Origin: Gemmatimonadales bacterium
Lineage (GTDB): Bacteria; Gemmatimonadota; Gemmatimonadetes; Gemmatimonadales; Gemmatimonadaceae
Assembly: GCA_038208015.1 (NCBI GenBank)
Contig: JBBQZF010000001.1
Span: 770 to 64,769, forward strand
Reading direction: 5' to 3'
DNA length: 64,000 nt
Shown here: positions 28,770 to 36,666 of the stretch, piece by piece
Numbering within the stretch: position 1 is the first letter of the stretch
Layout: each line of letters begins with the position of its first letter
The notes under the pieces: model-generated
Told to the model about the DNA's origin: nothing
The model's input: the letters and a program-made list of their open reading frames with translations, nothing else
Databases searched by the model: none
Position numbers and translations under genes: made by a program

Positions 28770-29453
28770 CTATTTCAGGTGCTGCTTCAGGAATACCAGC
28801 GTTCGTGTCCACGCGAGGGCTGCAGCCTCACGATTGTGGACCTCCGGTCGCGTGTCGTTGAAGAATGCGTGGTCCGCATCGTAGAAATGTGCTTCGATTG
28901 ATTTCCCGCTCGCCTCGATCGACTCCACGAGCGCTCTTGCTGACTCCTCGGGGACTGTGTGGTCGCGCTTTCCAAAATGTGCCTGCACCGGCACCTGAAG
29001 CTTCGACGGGTCGATCTGTGCATTCGGGTGAATGCCATAAAAGTCAACGCCGGCTGAGAACTGCTGAGGAAACTCTGTTGCTGCGTAGAGTGCGAGCTGG
29101 CCGCCCATGCAGAATCCGAGAATCCCAACCTTCTTCGGATTTACTTCGTCGAGCTCGAGCAGATATTCGGCGGCACCCTTCATGTCTTTCGCGGCCTCTC
29201 CGATGTTCAGGGCCATGAGCATTTTCCCCGCGGCGTCGGGACTCTTTGTCACCTCGCCGTTGTAGAGGTCTGGAGCCAGCGCGACGAATCCCTCCGCCGC
29301 AAAGCGGTCAGCCAGGTCCTTGATGTGTCCAACAAGGCCCCACCATTCCTGCACTACGACAATCCCCGGGCCTGGCTGCTGCGGCAGCGAGAGATAGCCA
29401 CTTGCGGTGCGTCCATTAGCGCGAAACTCGACCATTCTGTTCGACACGTTCAA
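28770..29453 (-). CDS. dienelactone hydrolase family protein
   Basis: 227 aa. GIVVVQEWWGL, GFCMGG nucleophile elbow and DHAF near the C-terminus. Confidence 0.85.
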   Translation of the reverse strand: MNVSNRMVEFRANGRTASGYLSLPQQPGPGIVVVQEWWGLVGHIKDLADRFAAEGFVALAPDLYNGEVTKSPDAAGKMLMALNIGEAAKDMKGAAEYLLELDEVNPKKVGILGFCMGGQLALYAATEFPQQFSAGVDFYGIHPNAQIDPSKLQVPVQAHFGKRDHTVPEESARALVESIEASGKSIEAHFYDADHAFFNDTRPEVHNREAAALAWTRTLVFLKQHLK

Positions 29454-29565
29454 TCCTCCTTTTCGTCATCTGTCGCCTGCAACCGACGTGAAAATGCTTT
29501 ACGCTCGAGTTGCAAGCCAGCCGGCACCCGGAGTTACCTGCAACAGGCATGCGTAGATTTGGGCG

Positions 29566-30471
29566 ATGAGATCTGAGGGTCGCTCAGTGTCACGAGCAAC
29601 TGCATTGATCGTGCTCTCGGCGTGTTGCTTCGGGTCGCTGACCACCCTGACGCTGCTCGTGACCCGGGCCGGGTTGCCGCTTCTGCCGGCGATGGTGTGG
29701 CGATACTTCCTGGCAGCGGTAGTGCTTGCCGCCCTCGCTCGCCCCTGGATGAGATCGTCAATCACGGTGCGACAGGCGTTGCGTCTCATGATCATCGGAG
29801 GTTGCGGGCAGGCGATAATCACCTACTTCTCCCTTCGCGCGCTCGACTATCTCCCGGTGGGGCCGCTTGGTTTTCTCTTCTATACGTATCCGGCATGGGT
29901 CGCCGTAATCGCAGCAGTTACAGGTCGCGAGGAGCTCACATTTCCGCGTTTCATCTCTCTCGCGGTTGCAATGGCGGGGATCACAGTGATGGTCGGCGCG
30001 CCGTTCTCGGCAGCGCTCAATCCGATCGGAGTGATGCTGGCACTGGGAACAGCATTTCTTTACGCGTTATACCTGCCGGCGCTTCACCGGCTGCAGAAAG
30101 GGATTACCCCTCTTGCGTCAACTTTCTATCTCGTGGCCGGAGTGCTCGTATCGTTCGTCCTTTCAGCTGCCCTGACAGGGAATTTGCGATTCCCGGAAAC
30201 GCCATCGATATGGGCTTTGCTGCTCACGCTCTCGATTGTAGGAACAGTGCTGGCTTTTGTTGCACTCATTTCGGGGCTGCGTACCCTGGGGCCCGTGAGA
30301 ACGTCTATAATCGCCACGATCGAGCCGTTCTTTACTGCGATGCTCGGGGTGTTGATACTGAGTGAGCCATTCACCGCTGCGACACTGGCCGGCGGAGCGT
30401 TGATTGCGTGCGCGGTGCTGATGCTTCAGTGGAACGGGAGAGCCCGCTCACGTGTCGAGCCGGCAATCTGA
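29566..30471 (+). CDS. DMT-superfamily (EamA) transporter
   Basis: 301 aa, about 10 TMs, with duplicated EamA-like halves. Confidence 0.85.
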   Translation: MRSEGRSVSRATALIVLSACCFGSLTTLTLLVTRAGLPLLPAMVWRYFLAAVVLAALARPWMRSSITVRQALRLMIIGGCGQAIITYFSLRALDYLPVGPLGFLFYTYPAWVAVIAAVTGREELTFPRFISLAVAMAGITVMVGAPFSAALNPIGVMLALGTAFLYALYLPALHRLQKGITPLASTFYLVAGVLVSFVLSAALTGNLRFPETPSIWALLLTLSIVGTVLAFVALISGLRTLGPVRTSIIATIEPFFTAMLGVLILSEPFTAATLAGGALIACAVLMLQWNGRARSRVEPAI

Positions 30472-30473
30472 CC

Positions 30474-32411
30474 CTATGCCGTGACCTTCGAGCGTCTTCT
30501 CTCGATCTCGACGACGAGGTTCTGAATATCGCTCGGACTTACACCGGGAATCCGGGTAGCCTGCGCCAGCGTGCGCGGTTGAATCGATTGAAGCTTCTGT
30601 CTTGCTTCATGGGAAAGGGAGTTCATTGCCGCGTAATCAAGGCCCGAAGGAATTGAAAATTCACCCATCTGGCGCATCCGGTCCGCCTGTGCGCGTTCCC
30701 TGTCGAAATAACCCGAGTACTTGATCTCGAGATCCACGGACAGCAGCGACTCGGCGGAGAAATCGGTCGATGCTCCAGCGGCGGTGAGTAGCGATTCGAG
30801 TGATACACCTGGACGCCTGGCGACATCGATGATCTTTACTGCGTGCGCGAGTGGTGTGCTCGCGGCGGACTCGAGTGAAGGTCCCGCCTGAACAGGAGTG
30901 ATGCTTCTCGAGCCGGCGAGCTCATGAATTCGCCGCTCTTCATCTGCCCTGCTTTCGACGACGTTTTCCTCGTCTGCTGAATAGAGCCCGAGACTCGCAG
31001 CAATTCCGCCAAGTCTCTGTAACGCGTTGTCCTGCCGAACTGTGAGCCGGAACTCTGAGCGCGAAGTGAAGAGACGATACGGCTCATCCACACCGCAGGT
31101 CACGAGGTCGTCGACGAGTACCCCGATGTACGATGTCTCCCGTCCCAGCGTCAGCGGCTCCCGGCCAAGTGCCGAAAGTCCGGCGTTCAGTCCGGCGAGC
31201 ACGCCCTGTCCCGCGGCCTCTTCGTATCCGGTGGTTCCGTTGATCTGGCCCGCAAAGTAGAGACCTTCGATGGCCTTCACCTGCAGCGTCGAGTCGAGCT
31301 GCGTCGGCGGATAGTAGTCGTACTCGATCGCATATCCCGCCCGGTTCATTCGCACATTCTCGAGTCCGGGAATTGTGCGCATGATATCGAGCTGAACTTC
31401 AGCGGGAAGTGAAGTTGACAGGCCGTTCACGTAAAGCTCGCTCGTGTCGTGACCTTCCGGCTCGAGAAAAAGCTGATGTCGTTCTGCTTCAGGGAAACGC
31501 ACGACCTTGTCCTCGACTGACGGACAATAACGCGGGCCGCGAGCCGTGATTGCACCGCCATACATCGCTGATTTCGCAATGTTCTCGCGGATGATGTCTT
31601 TTGCAGGTCCTTCGAGGTGAGTTACCCAGCACGGAAGCTGGCCGGGGTGACGTGTTCCGCTGCCGCTCACTCGCGGAGTGGTCCAGAAGTGAGACCAGGA
31701 ATAGTCGAACTGGTCGATCTCGCTGTCCTGGCGCTCGAGCTTCGAGTAGTCGACCGAGCGGCCGTCGATTCGCGGCGGTGTCCCGGTCTTGAAACGCTCT
31801 ACCCCCAGCCCCGCTGATTCGAGCTGCTCGGCAAGGTGCGTCGCCGAGGTTTCTCCCGCCCTGCCGCCGGCGAGATTCGTCCCGGTGCCGATGTGAATGC
31901 GGCCGCGCAGAAAGGTGCCGGTGGTAATGATGACGCACTGGCTGGCGAAGACCCGGCCTTCAAGTGTCCTGATTCCCTGCACGCAGGATCCGGATGAATC
32001 GAAAATGAGGCTGGCTACAGTCCCCTGAATCGTCTGAAGGTTCTGGTGCTCCTCGATCAGCGACCGGACAGCCCGCCGGTAGAGCCCGCGATCACACTGG
32101 GCACGAGGTGCCCAGACCGCCGGCCCCTTGCTGCGGTTGAGCATCCTGAACTGAAGCGTTGCCAGGTCTGTCGCCCGGCCCATGATGCCCCCGAGTGCAT
32201 CGACCTCTCGCACGACTGTTCCCTTTGCGACTCCGCCGATTGCCGGATTGCACGACATCTGGCCGATCGTCTCGAGCGAGCTCGTGACAAGGCCGACACG
32301 CGCGCCAAGTCGGGCAGCTGCGACTGCTGCCTCGGTGCCTGCGTGTCCGGCACCTACTACAAGCACGTTGAATCGTGCCTCTGCCGGGGGCGTGCTCGGG
32401 CTGGGGGTCAT
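30474..32411 (-). CDS. mnmG: tRNA uridine 5-carboxymethylaminomethyl modification enzyme MnmG (GidA)
   Basis: 645 aa. N-terminal FAD motif VVGAGHAGTEAA. GidA-specific stretches (SCNPAIGG, GPRYCPSVEDK, FFAGQINGTTGYEEAA). Confidence 0.97.
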   Translation of the reverse strand: MTPSPSTPPAEARFNVLVVGAGHAGTEAAVAAARLGARVGLVTSSLETIGQMSCNPAIGGVAKGTVVREVDALGGIMGRATDLATLQFRMLNRSKGPAVWAPRAQCDRGLYRRAVRSLIEEHQNLQTIQGTVASLIFDSSGSCVQGIRTLEGRVFASQCVIITTGTFLRGRIHIGTGTNLAGGRAGETSATHLAEQLESAGLGVERFKTGTPPRIDGRSVDYSKLERQDSEIDQFDYSWSHFWTTPRVSGSGTRHPGQLPCWVTHLEGPAKDIIRENIAKSAMYGGAITARGPRYCPSVEDKVVRFPEAERHQLFLEPEGHDTSELYVNGLSTSLPAEVQLDIMRTIPGLENVRMNRAGYAIEYDYYPPTQLDSTLQVKAIEGLYFAGQINGTTGYEEAAGQGVLAGLNAGLSALGREPLTLGRETSYIGVLVDDLVTCGVDEPYRLFTSRSEFRLTVRQDNALQRLGGIAASLGLYSADEENVVESRADEERRIHELAGSRSITPVQAGPSLESAASTPLAHAVKIIDVARRPGVSLESLLTAAGASTDFSAESLLSVDLEIKYSGYFDRERAQADRMRQMGEFSIPSGLDYAAMNSLSHEARQKLQSIQPRTLAQATRIPGVSPSDIQNLVVEIERRRSKVTA

Positions 32412-32425
32412 ACCTTTGAATGTAA

Positions 32426-32464
32426 GAGGCGCAGAGGGGCTACGGCAAAGAGGGCGCAGAGGGG
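32426..32464 (+). repeat. two GAGG(G)CGCAGAGGGG repeats (short copy of the purine-rich element)
   Basis: GAGGCGCAGAGGGG at 32426-32439 and GAGGGCGCAGAGGGG at 32450-32464. The same motif recurs at 63124-63193. Confidence 0.5.
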
Positions 32465-32516
32465 TTCACGCAGACGAATCTGAAACCGCAATTACACACA
32501 GCAAACAAGGAAAGGG

Positions 32517-32795
32517 ATGCCACTATCTGTAGATGACGGACGCGCGACGATCTTTATCAGGAAAGAAGCTTTCGAGCGCGAAGGGCTGACTCGCGGCGAG
32601 ATAGATCAGCGATTCAACCTTACCGATGCGGAGTTCAGGGTGGAGGGAGGACTCATCGCCATCGGGCCCCTGCCGTCAGACGACATGGTCGGGCCCATCA
32701 TGGAGTACCTCGAGTCGAGCGGTCTTGCCTACTTCGAGGATGTGTTCGAGCTGAGTGGCAACTGGCCCGGCTGGCTCAGGCTTTATGCGATGTAG
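32517..32795 (+). CDS. hypothetical protein (92 aa, acidic)
   Basis: Uninterrupted ORF with no competing frame. No recognisable motif. Confidence 0.45.
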   Translation: MPLSVDDGRATIFIRKEAFEREGLTRGEIDQRFNLTDAEFRVEGGLIAIGPLPSDDMVGPIMEYLESSGLAYFEDVFELSGNWPGWLRLYAM

Positions 32796-32798
32796 CCT

Positions 32799-33332
32799 CT
32801 AGAGTCTCTGCTCGACGACTGACCACAGCTCGACCTGCGCAATGCCGTCTCGCACGGTGTCGATGACTACCTCGGTTCCTTCAGCGACAATCGAGCCGTC
32901 GAGGCTTTGCGCGGGGAGTACGTGCATTGCGTCCCACGCGAACCAGGTTATCTCGCCTGGCCCGTCAGGCTCGATCGTGCGTGAGACTGTCGCTACCTGG
33001 CCGTTTATCTCGTCTTCTTCCGCGACCATCGGGTGCTCAGGCGGGCGAAGCGCCCACTTGGCCATGAGGAATATCATCCCGGTGATCGAGGCACCGCCTG
33101 TTGCCAGGGAAATCCCGAGGATCACCAGCGGCGCGAGAGCAGTGCGGGTCGAAAGCAGGTAGCCGCATGCGCCGAATCCTGCAAGCAGCGCTGCAACCGC
33201 AGGCGGATTGAGCACCGGTGACGGCTTCCCGGAGCGTCGTCGCCGCCATCGTTCAACTCCGTGCAGCATTGAGCTGACGGCTAGCGCCAGACCAGCGAGA
33301 AAGACAGAGAGATACAGGATCTTCACGATCAT
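32799..33332 (-). CDS. NfeD-like membrane protein
   Basis: 177 aa. Three N-terminal TMs and a C-terminal soluble beta-rich domain (GQVATVSRTIEPDGPGEITW...GTEVVIDTV), the NfeD/YqiJ architecture. No SPFH partner is adjacent. Confidence 0.55.
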   Translation of the reverse strand: MIVKILYLSVFLAGLALAVSSMLHGVERWRRRRSGKPSPVLNPPAVAALLAGFGACGYLLSTRTALAPLVILGISLATGGASITGMIFLMAKWALRPPEHPMVAEEDEINGQVATVSRTIEPDGPGEITWFAWDAMHVLPAQSLDGSIVAEGTEVVIDTVRDGIAQVELWSVVEQRL

Positions 33333-33335
33333 TCG

Positions 33336-34175
33336 CTAAGCGCCGAGGTGACGGCGGAACCACGACACTGTCGCGGGCCAGGCCTGTTGGGTTGCGCTGA
33401 GGTTCGCACCTTCCTGCCCCGCCTGGTTGCGGAGGAAGCCGTGTCCCGCCCCCTCATATATGTGGTGCGTGAAAGTCTTGTTGAGCGCCCTCATCGTCGA
33501 GTCGGCGGCAGGGATCGTGGCGTTGACGCGTGCGTCGCTTCCGCCATACAGTCCAAGCACCGGAGCGTTGATCGAGCCCAACGAGGCGCTTGGCGGTGAT
33601 GAGCCGTAGTAGACGACCGAGGCGCCAAGGCCGGGTGAGCGAATGGCGTGCTCGAACGAAACAGAGCCTCCCCAGCAGAACCCGACAATTCCATAGCGCG
33701 GAAGCGCTGCCGGCCGGGCCATCGCGTAGCTGGCGACTGCCGATATCTGGCGATGCACGTCACGGGGGTCGAGGGTTCTTATCGCCGCTGTCGCGAGATC
33801 GCCCGGCACGCTGTCGGTGGGATTCGGAAGATTCTTCGTGGTTAGCAGGTCAGGCGCAATGGCTATGAATCCGTCAGCCGCAAGCTGGTCGGCTACTGCG
33901 CGGACCCATGGAGTGAGACCAAAGATCTCGTGAACGACGACCACCACCGGAGCCCTTGTAGTGCGTTCAGGATAGACTATCCAAGCGCGAACACTGTCCG
34001 CTCCCGCCGAAACCATCACCCATTCACCATGGCGTGGAGAGGCAGCAAGCCGTGTGCGGGATTCGGTCACGTCTGCCGGTGGCGTCGTTGCGGGAGTATT
34101 ACTCCGGCCGGCGGTGCAGGCGGCGATGCCCGCAAGGGACAACGCTGCGGCTATACGAGCGGTCAGGCGATACAT
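33336..34175 (-). CDS. dienelactone hydrolase family protein (secreted or lipoprotein)
   Basis: AGGAGG lies 6 nt before ATG 34173-34175, giving MYRLTARIAAALSLAGIAAC. VVVVHEIFGL, GFCWGG and GAGHGF motifs. The track ORF extends to 34250. Confidence 0.8.
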   Translation of the reverse strand: MYRLTARIAAALSLAGIAACTAGRSNTPATTPPADVTESRTRLAASPRHGEWVMVSAGADSVRAWIVYPERTTRAPVVVVVHEIFGLTPWVRAVADQLAADGFIAIAPDLLTTKNLPNPTDSVPGDLATAAIRTLDPRDVHRQISAVASYAMARPAALPRYGIVGFCWGGSVSFEHAIRSPGLGASVVYYGSSPPSASLGSINAPVLGLYGGSDARVNATIPAADSTMRALNKTFTHHIYEGAGHGFLRNQAGQEGANLSATQQAWPATVSWFRRHLGA

Positions 34176-34197
34176 CGGCATCCTCCTCGGGTTCGAA

Positions 34198-35193
34198 TCA
34201 CAGGCTGGCCGGGGCCGGCTCGAGCTGTCTTGCAAGAAAATCACCTGCACGCTTCTCGAGAAAATAGGTCGGGCGGAAAGGGTTCGTGCCCGTCACGAAT
34301 CCGACGTGACCCCCCTGTCTGCTGAACTCGATGTGCAGAAAGCGATTCCCTTTCGCGACATCGCGCACCTCATCGAGAACCTGCTCAGGGAGGAAGGGAT
34401 CGTCAATCGCACTTAATAGTAACGTGTTGATACTAATATGCCCGATCCATCCCAGCGAACTGGATTTCCGGTAGTAATCTTCTGCGTCGAGGAATCCGTG
34501 GGCCGGCGCCGTGAAGGAGTCGTCGAAATCGTACATCGTCCGCACTGTCGCGAGCTTTTCCACGGGAAACATGCCAGGGTACATGGCAGCCTTCGCCCGC
34601 GCCTTGCGGCGCAGCGAGCGCAGGAAGTGATGCTGGTATACTCGCGCAAAGCCGAGACCGATGTGACGGGAAGACCGGGCGAGATCGAACGGAACGGAGA
34701 TCGCCACTGCGCCCCTTATCTGCGAGGGGACGCCCTTTCCCTGCTCTCCGAGATACTTCAGAAGCACGTTGCCGCCGAGTGATGCTCCGGCGAGGAGGAC
34801 CGGCGAGCCGGGCGACTGCCTGGTGAGATGAGTGATGGCGAAATCGAGGTCGCTCGTCTCGCCCGAATGGTAGGAACGCCGTGCCCGGTTCATCTCGTTT
34901 CCGCACGAGCGGAAGATGATTACCGCGCCGCGCCAGCCGCGAACTCTCGCTTCTCCAAGCAGTCCCTGGATATAATGTGAGCGCAGTCCGCCCTCGAGTC
35001 CGTGGAGCAGCACGAGCAGTGGCGCGCCCGGCGGTCCCTCGAGGTGGTGAATGTCGAGGAAATCGCCATCAGGTGTGTCGAGACGTTCTGCTTTCGTAGG
35101 CTGTATCGGAGGGCGGCGGAAGAGTTTTCCCCACAGGGTCTGGAGGTGGGGTCCGGGCAGCCACCACGGCGCCTCATAGTCAGGCTTCAACAC
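34198..35193 (-). CDS. alpha/beta hydrolase (YheT-like)
   Basis: PWWLPGPHLQTLW N-terminus, HGLEGG, GASLGG nucleophile elbow. The track start 35295 overlaps the divergent ArsC-family gene. GTG 35191-35193 is the more likely start. Confidence 0.75.
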   Translation of the reverse strand: MLKPDYEAPWWLPGPHLQTLWGKLFRRPPIQPTKAERLDTPDGDFLDIHHLEGPPGAPLLVLLHGLEGGLRSHYIQGLLGEARVRGWRGAVIIFRSCGNEMNRARRSYHSGETSDLDFAITHLTRQSPGSPVLLAGASLGGNVLLKYLGEQGKGVPSQIRGAVAISVPFDLARSSRHIGLGFARVYQHHFLRSLRRKARAKAAMYPGMFPVEKLATVRTMYDFDDSFTAPAHGFLDAEDYYRKSSSLGWIGHISINTLLLSAIDDPFLPEQVLDEVRDVAKGNRFLHIEFSRQGGHVGFVTGTNPFRPTYFLEKRAGDFLARQLEPAPASL

Positions 35194-35208
35194 TTTTCTC
35201 TCGAGCAA

Positions 35209-35550
35209 ATGGAAGTACAGATCTTCGGGACGAGAAAGAGCTCGGATACGAGAAAAGCCCTGCGCTTCTTCTCGGAGCGGAGAATAAAGACACACTTCGT
35301 CGACCTCAATGAGCGACCGGCATCGCTGGGCGAGTTAAGGCGCTTTGCGCAGAAGTTCGGTGTCGGAGCCCTGATCGACGCTTTGTCGGCCAGGTACCAG
35401 GATCTGGGCCTGAGGCATGCGCGGATGTCTGATGATACCTGGCTCGCCAGGCTCGTGGAGGAGCCGTTGATTCTCAGGGTCCCTCTCGTGAGAAGCGGCA
35501 ACCAGTTCAGTATCGGGCTTGCCGAAGATGCATGGAAGCAATGGAAATAG
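35209..35550 (+). CDS. ArsC/Spx/YffB-family protein (cysteine-free)
   Basis: From ATG 35209: MEVQIFGTRKSSDTRKALRFFSERRIKTHFVDLNERP...ILRVPLV, the ArsC-family fold pattern. The track ORF starts at 35002. Confidence 0.75.
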   Translation: MEVQIFGTRKSSDTRKALRFFSERRIKTHFVDLNERPASLGELRRFAQKFGVGALIDALSARYQDLGLRHARMSDDTWLARLVEEPLILRVPLVRSGNQFSIGLAEDAWKQWK

Positions 35551-35568
35551 GACCTGCTAGGTTGGAGA

Positions 35569-36666
35569 ATGCGAACAGATAACGATTTCGGCACGTTCTT
35601 CCTTCCCGGGCCTACGGAGGTGAGAAAGGAAGTTCTCGCCGCCATGCTGAAGCCGATGATTCCCCATCGGAGCGCGGAGTTCGAGGAGCTTTTCGCGAGG
35701 CTTCAGGATGGCCTTCGCCACGTATTTCTCACCCGGCGCCCGGTCTACGTCGCTGCCTCGTCGGGCACCGGCCTGATGGAGGCGGCGATCAGGGCGATCC
35801 CGTCAGGGCGGATATTGTCCCTGGTTAACGGAGCATTCTCCGAGCGTTTTGCCCACATCGCCGAGATGTGTGGCCGGGACGTCGACAGGTATGAGGTGCC
35901 GTGGGGGTCGGTCCACCCCGTGGACGGGCTCGACGATCGCCTGTCGAAAGGTGACTACCGGGCAATTACCGCGACACACTCCGAGACCTCAACCGGGGCG
36001 CTCAACGACGTGAGGGCTCTCTCGGATGCCGCTCATTCCCGTGGCGTGCTCTGCATGATCGACAGCGTCAGCGGCCTGGCTGGCGCGGAACTCCGGTTTG
36101 ATGACTGGGGGTTAGATTATGTTCTAACCGGATCCCAGAAGGCCTTTGCCCTTCCCCCCGGACTCGCCTTCGCAGCGGCATCAGAGGAAATGATCGGGCT
36201 CGCCAAGAGTGCCCAGAACCGCGGCGTCTACTTCGACATTGTCGAGATGGAGCGGTATGCGGCAGGCAACCAGGTCCCGGCTACCCCGGCCTTTTCGCTC
36301 CTCTACGCGCTCGAGGTCCAGCTCGAAGCGATGAAGCTCGAAGGAATCGAGAACCGCTGGGAGCGTCACCTTGAAATGTCTGCACTCACCACCTCGTGGC
36401 TCATCGAAACGGCAAAACAAACAGGCCATGGATGGGAGAACATCGTCGAGGAGGCGCACAGGTCGCCGACGGTGGCGACAATCCGCCTTCCGGAAGGCGT
36501 GTCGACGAAGCCGTTCGTCGCAAAAGTGAAAGCACAGGGGATCCAGGTGGCCACCGGTTACGGAAAACTTGGCGACACGACCTTCAGGATCGGACACATG
36601 GGAGACCACACGGTCGCGACTCTCGAGCGATGCCTGGCCGCGTGTGAAAGGGCGTTGTCAGATTGA
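35569..36666 (+). CDS. class V aminotransferase (alanine-glyoxylate / serine-pyruvate type)
   Basis: 365 aa. PLP-lysine context TGSQKAFALPPGL and TATHSETSTG. Confidence 0.85.
   Translation: MRTDNDFGTFFLPGPTEVRKEVLAAMLKPMIPHRSAEFEELFARLQDGLRHVFLTRRPVYVAASSGTGLMEAAIRAIPSGRILSLVNGAFSERFAHIAEMCGRDVDRYEVPWGSVHPVDGLDDRLSKGDYRAITATHSETSTGALNDVRALSDAAHSRGVLCMIDSVSGLAGAELRFDDWGLDYVLTGSQKAFALPPGLAFAAASEEMIGLAKSAQNRGVYFDIVEMERYAAGNQVPATPAFSLLYALEVQLEAMKLEGIENRWERHLEMSALTTSWLIETAKQTGHGWENIVEEAHRSPTVATIRLPEGVSTKPFVAKVKAQGIQVATGYGKLGDTTFRIGHMGDHTVATLERCLAACERALSD

Noticed and set aside
34176-34200. GGGTTCGAATC, a tRNA T-loop-like string
   Set aside because: The flanking bases cannot form a T-stem or an acceptor stem, and no anticodon arm is present. 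I found no tRNA in the window.
35002-35208. 5' extensions of track ORFs (35002, 53008, 60339, 39463, 20058, 51835, 28756, 34250, 47104, 42341)
   Set aside because: The extensions overlap neighbouring genes, lack homology, and precede internal starts that have Shine-Dalgarno sequences, signal peptides or conserved N-termini. I give shorter coordinates in the feature list.
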